A stretch of DNA of 64,000 nucleotides from NCBI RefSeq assembly GCF_964204865.1, contig NC_135250.1, positions 31,868,001-31,932,000 of the forward strand, written 5' to 3'. This document shows, in pieces, positions 49,362 to 61,157 of this stretch (position 1 is the stretch's first letter; each line of letters begins with the position of its first letter). A program made the position numbers and the translations under genes. Source of the stretch: Styela clava (taxonomy: Eukaryota). A model generated the notes under the pieces. The model had not been told where the DNA came from. It ran no database searches and saw nothing but the letters and a program-made list of their open reading frames with translations.

Positions 49362-52300
49362 ATGATGTTATCTGTTGTTCCGTTTATTATTTTTCTTACA
49401 TTGCATACATCATCAGCTCAAGATAACGTCATCGAAACTACGTCAGGACCTATACGTGGCCAGGTAATAAATTATTTTGTTATCGACCGATTATAAATCT
49501 CATACCTGTCAACTCGGATATCATATCTAATTTTTTTCCCCCCAGAGGTCAGGATTTGCGAACAGAGGCGACATTACTGAATATTTGGGAATCCCCTACG
49601 CTGAACCACCCACCGGAGACAACAGATTTCGGGGCCCGGTTCCAGTCAGGCCGTGGAATCGAACGTTGGACGCGTTTGAGTTCGGCTCAGCTTGCCTGCA
49701 GAATGACCTTGAGCTAAGTACGTCTCTTGTTGGGGCTCAAACCACAGACACGGGTAAGAGGACTTCTTAATATTTTGCTCATTTGTTTACATCTGGCATG
49801 ACAAACTACTGCCCGCGGGCCAAATCCGTACCGCTCGGTATTCAGTCTGGCTCGTCTGATGCTGCCACAGCCAAACTAAAAACAAATTTGGATGTTTTAG
49901 CTAAAAAAATAGCTCAAGAAATTTGTTCAAATTTCAAGCAAACCACCTTACGGCGGCGAGAAGTCCAGAAATCCTTTCGCACATAACTATATTCGCATGG
50001 GATAGAACCTGCGAACACACGCAGAGTAATCACAGGTGCGGTGGCGAGCGTATTCCTATCGCTTAGCTCTCCACGCCTTATATTTTATAATTATCACGAC
50101 ATTCCAAGATCGTGTTAGCACAAACACCATGGAGCCTAAAGTTTCTATATTTCAGCTTTCTCCGGTATTGTGATGAGTGAAGAAGATTGCCTCTACCTTA
50201 ATATTTATCAGCCGGCTGGTACAGATATGACGTCCACGACAATGTCAACGTCACAAGATAATGTGACGCCACAATCAAATGTGACGTCTCAACCCAATGT
50301 GACGTCCCAACCCAATGTGACGTCAGAAACCAAAGCTGTCATGGTCTTCTTCCACGGAGGCGATTTCGTCAGCGGGTCAGGTAAAGTGAGACCTAATTCT
50401 AAAATAGGGTAGGATTATTTATCCCGGGGGAAAGGAAATTGCATAAAACGTTCTAAATCAGGGGCGGGCAAATACGGCCCACTTGCATCTGTTGAAATGA
50501 CGAGTATAGCTTTGAGTAAATTGTTTTTATTTATAGTTTTGTTACTCCCGAAGTATGTAAACCAAGATGGCGGACACCGGAACGTAGTGTGTGTACCAGG
50601 TACCAGGTTAGGGTTAAACCATAATTTCAGGTACAACTACTACGGGAGTCACTTGGCTAGTCCCTGAACTCGTAATAGAAATAAAATAAGGAAAATTAGA
50701 ATAAAAATATGACCTAATCCTAACCTGGTACACATACTACGTTCCGGTGTCTGCCATCTGGGTTCACATACTTCGTAAGTTACCATAGTTCGATTTGCAG
50801 TACATGGTGGGTGTGGGATTAGTTAGCCAGTTGTTCGTTTCAGTCGCATAAATTTTGACACTGCTTTCTTCTTTTTTTAGGAATGGCATACAGCGGATCG
50901 GTGCTTGCGTCAGAGCATGACGTCATCGTAGTTACTGTGAACTACCGTCTGGGGGCGCTAGGATTTTTATCAAATGGAAGTGACTCAATGCCAAGTAATT
51001 TTGGACTCATGGACCAGCAGATGGCGCTGAAATGGATCAACGAAAACATTATGGTGAGAGATGACGTGAAGACAAAATTGTATTTGAATCTTCGGAAACT
51101 GGGTTAGATACCGATGCAGATGATCGATCAAATACATAACACGTTTTTATTGGGCACATTAGTGGACATAACGATCCTTGCAATATTATGTTGTTGTTCT
51201 TGTTATTGGACACGTTTACTGGACCAATTGCTTTAAACTTTTTAGTGGTTAAAGATGGAATTTTTCTTCAGAAGGCTATTACTCTTTTTTATTTCTAAAT
51301 TTTGTATGAATTCTATGAAGTTTGATATTTCGTCCAAATTTTCGCTGTATTATTTCATCCATGGGAACACTGGCTGTCCGGTTTGATTCTGTAAATTCTT
51401 GCTACGCGAAACTCGGAAATTTTTTGAGAGTGCCGGTAGCGTAAAAGGTAAGGACTGCATTGCTCTGATTAACGTGTCCACATATTTGAGCATTGTTCTC
51501 TTGTAAGTTTTAATAGTTTTATCACTAATAACAAAATATCTACCACCCTCTAAACTTGGAAACCTTCCCCTCCCATGAACTAAAAATATGGGTAATATAC
51601 TGTATCATTTCAAACTATGACGTCTCCCCTATATCTCTCATTTTCGTCTATTTTTCTAGTTTTTTTATGGAGACCCGGAGCGGATCACGATCTTCGGCAG
51701 CGGCTCAGGAGGGTCGTCCGTTCATCTGCACACGATCATAGAAAGTAGTCGATCTCTCTTCTCCAGGGCGGTTGTTCAGAGCGCAACATATAATGATGCG
51801 GTCTGGGATAGTTCATCAGCCAAGGAGAACTACGACGGTATGTACTAAAAGAGAAATAAAGTCTCAGGTTCCAATCCCATCACTGCCATGCCAGATCAAT
51901 GCCTAGAAAGGTCTAGGTATGACGTATCATAGTGCCGTGTGGGTCAGATCAACAGCTAAAGAAAACTACGACGATATGTATTGAATAGAGGGTACCCCTG
52001 AAGCATGCGCACCAAGATGTCGCATAGCCTGAACCCTAACTTGGTACACAACCTCAGTTCAGGTTGTGCGCCATCTTGGTGCGCATACTTCAGGAGGTCC
52101 GAATAAAGATTCAAAGAGAGAATTGCTGGGCTCCTCGCCGTCGTTGGGTGGTTCACGTAACCGCTGGTCGGTTACGGCTTCCTCCACCACCAAGTACATG
52201 CTTCCGAAAACAAACAATATAACTAATCCCATACCCGACTTGGAATGGTAACCGGACGAGAGGCCGTGGTTCGCCATATTGGCTTTCCTTTCCCCCGGGA

Positions 52301-55300
52301 TAAATATATAAATCCTATCCTTCTCGCCGCTACAGGATGATTCACGTAACCGCTGGTCGATTGCGGCTTCCTCCATCATGAAGTCCATGCATCAGAAACA
52401 AATAACTAACTAATCCCATGCCCGACATGGACTTGTAAATGGACGAGAGGCCGTCATATGACTAAGTCGTCATATCGGCTCTCCCCCGGGATAATAGGAA
52501 AATGTTATCCCATCCTTATGATTTTGTTCCAGCATTTCTGGCAATTTTCGGTATTGGCGCAATGAATGACGTAATGAGTTACCTACGTAACGAAGCAACT
52601 GCAGAGGAGATTTTAGCAGCCTCAGAAGAAATTGTAAGTTGCCGTTTCTTATTATTTGCGCTTTGAGTAGTATTTCTATAATACGGCAGCGTTTGCCAAA
52701 TTTTTCTTTGTACAGCGTCAAATTATCGAGAGAAAATACTCAAAGCGCGCTTACGCGAAAAAAAAAATTGATGCCTTCAAATAAAATTCAACTTTGTGAT
52801 CGTTAATGTGTACTTTATGCATTTTAAAGTTTGCAAACATGTAGACCTAAGGAATAAAGGCAATGTCAACAAAACAACATAATGTCATAACATTTACATT
52901 TATTTAGTTATTTATCTTGAGGGCCTAATAAGCTCTTTGAGCTACGACAAAAATACTCCCGAAGTATGTGAACCAAGATGGCGGACACCGGAATGTAGTA
53001 GCGTATGTGTACCAGGTTAGGATTAGGACATAATTTTATTCCAATTTTCTCATTTTATCTCCATTACGAGTTCGGGTACTAGCCAAGTGACTAACGTGGT
53101 TATTGTACCTGGAATTATGGCCTAATCCTAACCTGGTACACACTACGTTCCGGTGTCCGCCATCTTGGTTCACATACTACGGGAGTACCACGAAAAATGA
53201 TATGTTTGATACAGAAATATTCGACATTTAAAAAAAAGGTGGCCAGAGTCAGATATTAGGATTCATGTCTCGATTTTTTCTTCCATAAAAGTCAAAATTG
53301 TTTGTCACTCCGTAGTCGGAGCCAGAATTAGATTTATAAAAATCACCGGAGTATCAGTCGGATTCGGATACTAAGTTCTGCGACTTCTAACATCTTTATA
53401 TTTTCCAGGGAGTCTGGCAACCGGTAATCAGCAACCTAATACCCGTTCAACCACGAGAGGCGATGAAGAGCGAGACCGTCAACCAGGACCGTTGTAAGTC
53501 GATAACTATTGATATTTTCACACTATCGATCTGAACAAGTCTCTTTGCAGAAGAATGCTAGTAGTTGTTAAACCATCGGCTTGGCTTGACAGTCATGCTG
53601 GGATCTAAATAAAAACTTGCCATTCCATAGCTTTTACGCGGCATGAAGTCACAGGTTCAAATCTCATAGGATGATAATTATGTACAAGAAGATTGCTGGA
53701 CTCCTCACCGCTATAGGCTGGTTCTATACCGACGTACTTATTTCTAACGCACAGCAAAATGCACCTAACATGTGTCTATTAAATATATACGACAAAATGT
53801 GGCCTAGCCCAGGGCTACTTAACTATTTTTACCGAAGATCCGCATACAAAACTTCAAAATTATTTGGGTCCGGCCTTTCCAGAAATTATATTTTGGCATC
53901 CTTTAACGCACACTTCCTCGGCCTGCTAATGATTATTAGCTAATCAAGATTATTATGGCGATTTAGTTCTTTTTATATATATTCAAAACTGTAAAAGTCA
54001 TTTTATAAAAGAAAACTTTAAAAGTGGGGCTGATGATTCAAAATAAAGAATTAGGTGCGGTCCAAACCAAATACTCGGAAGATCAGATTCGTACCGCGGT
54101 CCGCCAGTTGAGTAGCCCTTGCCTAGCCAACAAAAATCACCCCTTTGGCCGGCGACAAGAACTTCAATTTGTGAAAACATATTCGACCATTCATCAGATT
54201 CAACTACAAAAGTAGGAATCGCAGTTCGTATCAAATGCAATTGTTTATCTTTTATCTCCAAGTTTACAATCGATTTTCTTATCTTTTAACACAGATATTG
54301 ATATGGTGGTCGGTTCCAACAACTTGGACGGCTCACAAATTGCGTCATCAGCCGTGGACGTGGACAGTGAAACGTGGTACTATGACGTTGTACGTGACGT
54401 CACATCTCGTACGTCAGAATTTAATGATTGGGATGAAAGTGACGTTGGAAAAAGAATGAAAGTAGGTTATACCTTGGCGTGTAAAAAACAATAAAATTCT
54501 TCTCTGATAAAATAATTCCTTCTCGACTGGGAAACGCTGCTATAAAGGAGTGCTATCGTCACCTTTTTATGTTTTTCATACTTTGTGGGAGTTGACCTCG
54601 ATGAACGAAAAGTCGTATCGCTCCCTCCTGCCCATGCCAAAACAATTTCAATTGCTGTTGCCATTTTATAGATGACTGTATTTTGGTTGACGAAAGAATA
54701 AAGCTCTCTCTCGCGCGCGCTCTCAAACGCCAATACTACTATATGCGACTCATAATCACGCCTTTCCCAAATAACGCTCCATACAATCAGTCACTAATAT
54801 TCAACAATTGTATTTTGATCATTCAACATATTTCATCCTTTTCAGATGTTCAAACTATTCTACGGCGGTTTCTATGGAGATTTCAACGCTTCGTTACCTC
54901 GGTTGAAGAATGCATTGAGCACGGTGATCTACAGCGACCAACTATACGAGACTTGGGCTCAAGAGGTATTTGTGTTAAAACTGTTGTGCACAAAGCAGTG
55001 CTGTGTCAATGGTATTTGACCTTTAACCCCAACGTTGTTCTATAACAGTGGTTCCCTTTTAAGGCTCGTGGCTAGGACTGGATATAGGACAGATATTCCC
55101 TTGTGTATGACTTTTTTTATTGTGATTCATAAATGTCAATGATGGAATACAATTGATTTTGTTTTATATCATTTCTTCAACTTCGAATCAATTGAAAAAC
55201 GAGTTCGGCTCCCGCATCTGCGTTGAACATTTTTGACTTAAACTCCGAGAAAGTTTACTTTTTTGCAACAAAAACATTTCGAATTGAACATTCGAATCAA

Positions 55301-58300
55301 ATTGAATTGTAAATCATTCGAATCGGTTCAAATGAAAATTTTGAATCGTCGCCATATTCGTTTTAAATGACGCACAGCCTGAACAACCCCAACCTGGTTC
55401 ACATGCTATGTTCAGGTAAAGTCAATACTTACATATGGCTTTTTGGACACGTAGTGGACAGCGATGATTTGTTGTTATTACTTATTGATTTTAATCGGTA
55501 AGTATGTTGATAGGTATTTGTCTGTGTGTATGTCTGTTAGATGCACGCGATATCTCACGAAAGCGAGGTTGAATCTGTTCCAAATTGTGCATGTGCATTC
55601 ATCATATCTCGGCCCAAAATCCTATTGATTTTGGGCAAATTATGTCGTATAATTAGAGAGTTAATAATTAATTAGTAAAGGGACACAAGGTGTCACTATG
55701 GAGTAAGAGCGTTGTTTTGGGGATCCCCTAACTTTTGATCGATAAGTCTTCGGACTCTGACCGATATTCTCGTGTTGTTCTCTGACACGTTTTGAAGAAA
55801 TCGCCTTTTACTTTGATTACTGAACCAATTGCTTTGAAATTTTCAGTAGTTAGAATTTTTCTCCAGAAGGCTATTGCTTTTTTTGCTATGACGTCATCAA
55901 AACTATGTGGCTCTACGTGTCCATATATTTGAGCACAACTCTCTTGTTCCTTTATAGTGAGGTAATCATGAAACATGTTTCTTATTGTGTGTGGCAACTC
56001 AGCAAAAAGTCTGTCTGAGGGAATTCATGATTTTAGTAATTTGTGTGTCTGAAGGAATCGTTACAATAGAAAGTCACGTGCAATTATTTAACAACCAAGT
56101 ATTCGAAATTCGACTCAAAAAAAAAAATAATTTGATTCGATTCTTTGATCATCTGGTTTTAGGGAATGCCAATCCTTAATGACTCCGATCACCACCAATA
56201 CAAATATGAAACTCCGAGTGCGGTGAATATAAAAAATACGACCTCATTTTGGCATCTTGAAGTCAGAAAAACACAACAAACCTCGGCACTCCCGTAGTCT
56301 GTGTACAATACGTTAATTTTCCATGTTTAGTTCCATTACGAGTTCGGAGACTGTCTGTGTTAGCCACGTGAATATACCCCCTGCCCACAGGTTTCAGTCG
56401 ATTCACACAACTAGATGTAAAGTAGGCGAACAGCATTAGTTACCTTCATAGTGGTACACACACTTCTGGAGCGCTCAAACCTCGAGTCTCAGACGAAAAA
56501 GGGGGTTACAAGTCGTGAGGGAATGAGTCTTTGTATTCAAACGTATCAAAATAATCACATAAATTATTTTTTAGATTGCAATGACGCAGCATGCCAGATC
56601 AATATATAAATATTCCTTCAGGGTAAGCGGAGGTGGTAGCCGAATGGTAAGTTGAATAATTGCTTTTCTGTGCAACTAATCGATCATTTTAGTTCAAAAT
56701 TTCAGTTCCTGAAAACAGTTGCTGCCTCACACATCTATAGGTTTGATGCATGAGGGAATAAAATTTTAATTGCCTTTTCTGACAACAATGGGTATTTGTC
56801 CGCAACGCTCAAACAAAGAGGTGCATTGGCTTTTTGATTGAAATCAATCATTAGATGTCAATCAAACTCTTTCCATATCGTTGCGAAGTCCCTGCAGTTC
56901 GCGGATTCGCAGGTTGTTCTGAAATTTTGAAACATTTTATGTGATAAGTTTGCTCAAAGAAAAGTCGCCTTCTTTATAATCTAGCAATCAATAGAGCATA
57001 GCCAGTCAGAATATTTTATATGGTAAACGAAATATGACAATGCTGCAACGTAATTCGAATGTGAATTTTTTATTGCCCAGGGAGCAGCTAACGGCGAAGA
57101 GCTTCCCTACTTGTTCGGTCTCTCAAGTTCCGCTGACGAGACGCTCTCAAATGAAATGATGAGGATGTGGTCGGAGTTCGCTAAATCCGGGTTTGTGGAA
57201 GTATTTTTAAGCGTATTCTCGTCCTTCACTCTAAACATGGCTCTGTATCCATTAAGACCTCAAAAGCAACATCTTTTTGGAAAACAGAAATTGTCCAGGT
57301 TCAGCATTATCTGCTCAATTCATTATCGTCGTTTCCTTCACCATCAAGTCCATGCATATGAAAATCAAATATCTGACTAACTAATCCCATACCCGACATG
57401 GCCCGGTAGTCAACAATAGCCCGTAGTTCGACATATCGGCTTTCCTCACCATGGGGAAAACGAGTTCTCATATGGTAAACCTCATAAATGAGATCTCATA
57501 TAGCTACGCTATCAGCCCCATCGCATTTTCCAAACTTTGCAAATCTGTCACCCATAATTCGACGATCTTATAAACTCATTCGAATGTTCACAGGACCTTC
57601 TCCAGTGATATGACGTCAGATCCGTTTACACCTTACTCCTCTTCCGGTGATGGAACTTGTAGAAATACGGTTGTCCTAAACGACGGCAATGACGGCGTAA
57701 CCAATGACAACGACTTGGAAACACCCAGGAACTGGGAATTTTGGGAACATTATTATTTAACAATGGGTATAATATGACGTCATAACTATTCTAATTACTA
57801 ATTTAATATATCATAAATTAAATAAATAACCGCATCCTAGTGCATGTTTATTTCTTCGCAATACGATATAGTCATAGTATTTAAAATGTTATTTGGATTC
57901 TTTCTACCATGATTTTGTACATTGGCAATAGCTTGCCTAAAGTCTTGTATAAATATCAAACTTGTAATATAAGTAAAGGCTTTGTATAAGTTGTAATATA
58001 AAGCCCCTTAAATATCAAAGTTTAATCGAATTTAGATCGTTTTTTTTTTTTAATTTCAACCGGAGCAAAACACTGCTGGACTTGAGGACTCACCTAATCG
58101 CTTGTGAGACTTAACTTAGATTGGCTCTACTACGGATCCTGTGACATGTACTAAACAAAGCGCCAGTGTAATTTAACTCAATTATTCACTCGACTGGAGA
58201 TGTTTCATGACTCGCGATTTAAAGACCTCTACCCAATACTGTAAGATTTACCTCACTGATTGACTCGAATTAGGACCCGGACTCGGATGATGAGCTTAGA

Positions 58301-60809
58301 CTCGACTTGATTTGTGACTCGCGATTTCGGGATTCATCCTATACAGTGAGACCTAACTCAGTGATCGACTCGACTCGGCTCGGACTTCGATGATTCTGAC
58401 TCGCGATTTTGGATCCAACACTATAAGGTATTATCCCACTGATTGACTCGACATAGAAGCCGGACTCTGACTCGACTTGACTCATGACTCTATTTGTCTC
58501 TCGATTTAGGGTCTCCCACCCAACACAGTAAAGTTGACTCAATGATTGACTCGACTCTGTACCCAGATTCCAAGGACTCTCGATTTAGGAACTTACATCT
58601 AAAATATTTGTCCGGAGCCAACTACTAATAAGCCCGATTCATCCTATTTACCTCATTTTCCTGCAGGTCTTTCGTGCTCACAAGATCCAAGCGAACCGGG
58701 TACCGAAGATCCGCATAGTCCAAGCAATCCGGATACTGGTGGAGATAAAATCTGTGAAGCAGGAGTTTGGTCTGACGCAGGTATGGTCTCACACATAAAT
58801 GGTGGCTTTCAATTATACCCAATGTTGACTTCGAACGAAAGAAGTTTTATCACCTCAAAAATTTGAATCACGGTTCAAAGGTTATGTCAGTAGGCGGAAG
58901 AGCAAGTTGAAAAGTACACTAAGAAGGGTGCTCCCGTAGTATGTGTGCCAAGATGGCGCACAACCTGATAATTCTAAGCTAGTACACATAAGGCATGATT
59001 ACATGTCCATCAAAATCAGTCCAGCGAACCGGTTCGGTCAAAGGGGTCTCGGAGACTACTTAGTGCCCTCGATTACATGTCCAAACCAACAAGCTGAGAA
59101 CAGTTTTGGATTGGCCGGATTAAATCAAATAAGTCATGATTTGCAAACACTGCATATATTTTATTTCCAATAAATTCATAAATTGAATACAAATGTTAAT
59201 AAGGGTATCAAAATTGAATGCACGTTCTTGATTTAAATTCTTTGAAGTTATTTGCAGAATATTATGAGGGGTTGCTTTCCCGTTGAAATTTGCCCACAAT
59301 CTAGGAAGCAAAACGACAAATTTATTGGGGGCATAAAAGATAGACGATTTAGAATCTAGAAATTTTAGATCATTTTGGCCGACCATCCAGCGTTCAACGC
59401 TGCAGACTACTGGCACCTTACGCCACACGATCCATTCAAAAATCACAGTAGGCCTACAGTTACCAGTAGTCTACTGGCAACTAAATTAAAACAATTACAT
59501 TTTATCAACCAAACACTTGTGTGAAGTGGGCTCATCATATGTAAACAGAAGCACTTTCATTATTTAATATCGCCCTACTACTGCGACGTTACCGACACTG
59601 AAGCTTTGTATTTATGCTGGTACCGGTATGTACAGTAAGGGTACCGGTACCAGCTAGGATGCGGTATGGCTGTATGGTGCAATTCCAAAAGAATTCTCAA
59701 TGCAAACTGAAGTCGTACTGCGCTCAGTTTATACCAATAAATCTTTAGACATCAAGATTTAATTCTCTGTTTCAAAACAACAACCTATCATGCCAATATG
59801 CCGCATCGAGATCCCACCAGTACCGGTATTTTAAATTTGTGTTCAGCAGCGACACAATAGATGCAGAAGATGTTTAAATTAAACTTGCCCTATCTAGCTG
59901 AATTTTTATTAGTTTAAAAAAGCAACTCACCTACCAGATATGAAAAAAAAAAACTTCCGTACCTCCTTCAATCACGGTGATTCACGATTTCTCGAGTAGC
60001 ACGGCGAAGCAACTGAGCAAGACCGGTTGGCTCACTCCCAGACCTCCTAAATAGGAGGTCTGATGTTCTGGACCGATAGCACGGATTCGAATCGCAGGCG
60101 ATCCACTGAAGCGTGAATATGTGGTCTGCTAGACCGGTTCCAGCGGACATGTAATCAGGCCTATACTATGTTCAGGTTGTGCGCCATCTTGGTACACATA
60201 TGACGGGAGCACTTTAGAAAGCGCACTGCTAATAGAGTGGTCCAGCCTCGAAAGTCTAAAATGCGTTTCAAGCTACGAAAAATTGCCGTGTATGACACAA
60301 AACATTCCAAAAGCAGGGGTGCCAAACCTTACATATCTGAAAACCTGGTTAAGCTCTTGCTTGCATTGCCAACGCAGTCAGGCCTCCAGTTAGCAATTGA
60401 ACACGGACCGCTGATATTAGAATTCGAACTGATCGAGCTAATAGAAACCCCGACTACTTGCATTCACTAATGATAGATTAGACTCCGATTTATTCAGCTC
60501 TCACAACAGAAAACCTCTTATTTTTATCCAGGCGTCGACATGTCGAATGACGTAGCAGGTGCCTTGCTGATAACCTTCATCTGCTTGACGGCCGTTTTGT
60601 TGTTCATGTTTATCTTCTCCTGCTGGCAAAGCAATAAAATGAAGTGAGTATTTTATTGGCACGAAATGTATCTGGATTATTTTGTGGTTGCTGAACTTTC
60701 TTGTTTCATCCACGTAAAACGCTTCATTCCTTACAGGAAAAAGATAAAGAAACTCTTGTCAGACGACTATGATGGTTCGGTGGTTTCCAACATGTCATCG
60801 AAGCTGTAG
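49362..60809 (+). CDS. Neuroligin-like cholinesterase-domain type I membrane protein, non-catalytic, 670 aa, 15 coding exons
   Basis: Exons 49362-49463, 49546-49753, 50156-50380, 50881-51053, 51660-51837, 52533-52633, 53409-53493, 54295-54461, 54846-54965, 56575-56646, 57081-57190, 57594-57766, 58667-58780, 60532-60643, 60737-60809 total 2013 nt in frame. Signal peptide; [12 protein letters not shown]; EDCLYLNIY; [10 protein letters not shown]; [13 protein letters not shown]; NFGLMDQ..AL.WI.ENI; [15 protein letters not shown]; [13 protein letters not shown]; W.EFAKSG; TM segment [21 protein letters not shown]; basic stop-transfer; tail ends SSKL. Confidence 0.9.
50228..50331 (+). repeat. In-frame 18-bp coding repeat, (N-V-T-S/P-Q-P/S)x4
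   Basis: AATGTGACG units at 18-bp spacing encode [24 protein letters not shown]. Confidence 0.9.
52952..53189. mobile_element. GG-ended fold-back MITE, subfamily C; relatives near 50542-50785 and 2925-3060, shorter forms near 28030, 51990, 61396
   Basis: Arms ACTCCCGAAGTATGTGAACCAAGATGGCGGACACCGGAA..GGTTAGG; TSD ACGACAAA/ACGAAAAA. Confidence 0.85.
53810..54120. mobile_element. hAT MITE, sister of 4646-4966
   Basis: CAGGGCTACT...AGTAGCCCTT with perfect TSD GCCTAGCC. Confidence 0.9.
58170..58592. repeat. GACTCG-rich degenerate minisatellite (about 5 units of 80-110 bp)
   Basis: Alternating GACTCGCGATTT and CAnTGATTGACTCGA blocks. Confidence 0.75.
58991..60162. mobile_element. PIF/Harbinger-like non-autonomous element nested in a short GG-ended MITE (58927-60213)
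   Basis: 18-bp TIR AGGCATGATTACATGTCC / GGACATGTAATCAGGCCT (1 mismatch); 3-bp duplication ATA. Removing the element restores the host MITE sequence GTACACATACTATGTTCAGG. Confidence 0.8.
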
Positions 60810-60836
60810 AAAAAGGAATGAATTCAACTTTATACT

Positions 60837-61157
60837 CAGTGGTTCTCAAAACTTTTTAAGCCCCCCCCCCTCCCCCCTTTTCTAGAATTAGTCTTGCGCC
60901 CCACCTCAAAAAAACTAATTATCTAAAAAAAAGTTATAAATAACCGATATTAAGGCGGAAATATGTTTTATTCGAAATATACGTTGAAAATGCGTGTATA
61001 GAACGTAAATATCCGAAATGAAGAAATGTAATTTACCAAAAGAAGGCAGGCAAGATCAAATCTAAAAATGCTTTATATTTTAATTGGCTTCACGCCCCCT
61101 TAAGAATTGTCTACGCCCCTACGTGGTGGTACGCGCCCCACAATTTGAGAACGACTG
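60837..61157. mobile_element. hAT (Charlie-like) MITE just after the stop codon
   Basis: CAGTGGTTCTCAAA...TTTGAGAACGACTG; no clear TSD. Confidence 0.65.

Noticed and set aside
58170-58592. CRISPR-like repeat-spacer array
   Set aside because: Eukaryotic intron, degenerate repeats, irregular and mutually related linkers, no cas genes.
60798-60809. C-terminal SKL as a peroxisomal PTS1 signal
   Set aside because: The protein has a signal peptide and a TM helix, so a PDZ-binding motif is the more coherent reading.
49362-60809. Active acetylcholinesterase or carboxylesterase
   Set aside because: No GxSxG serine and no catalytic histidine.
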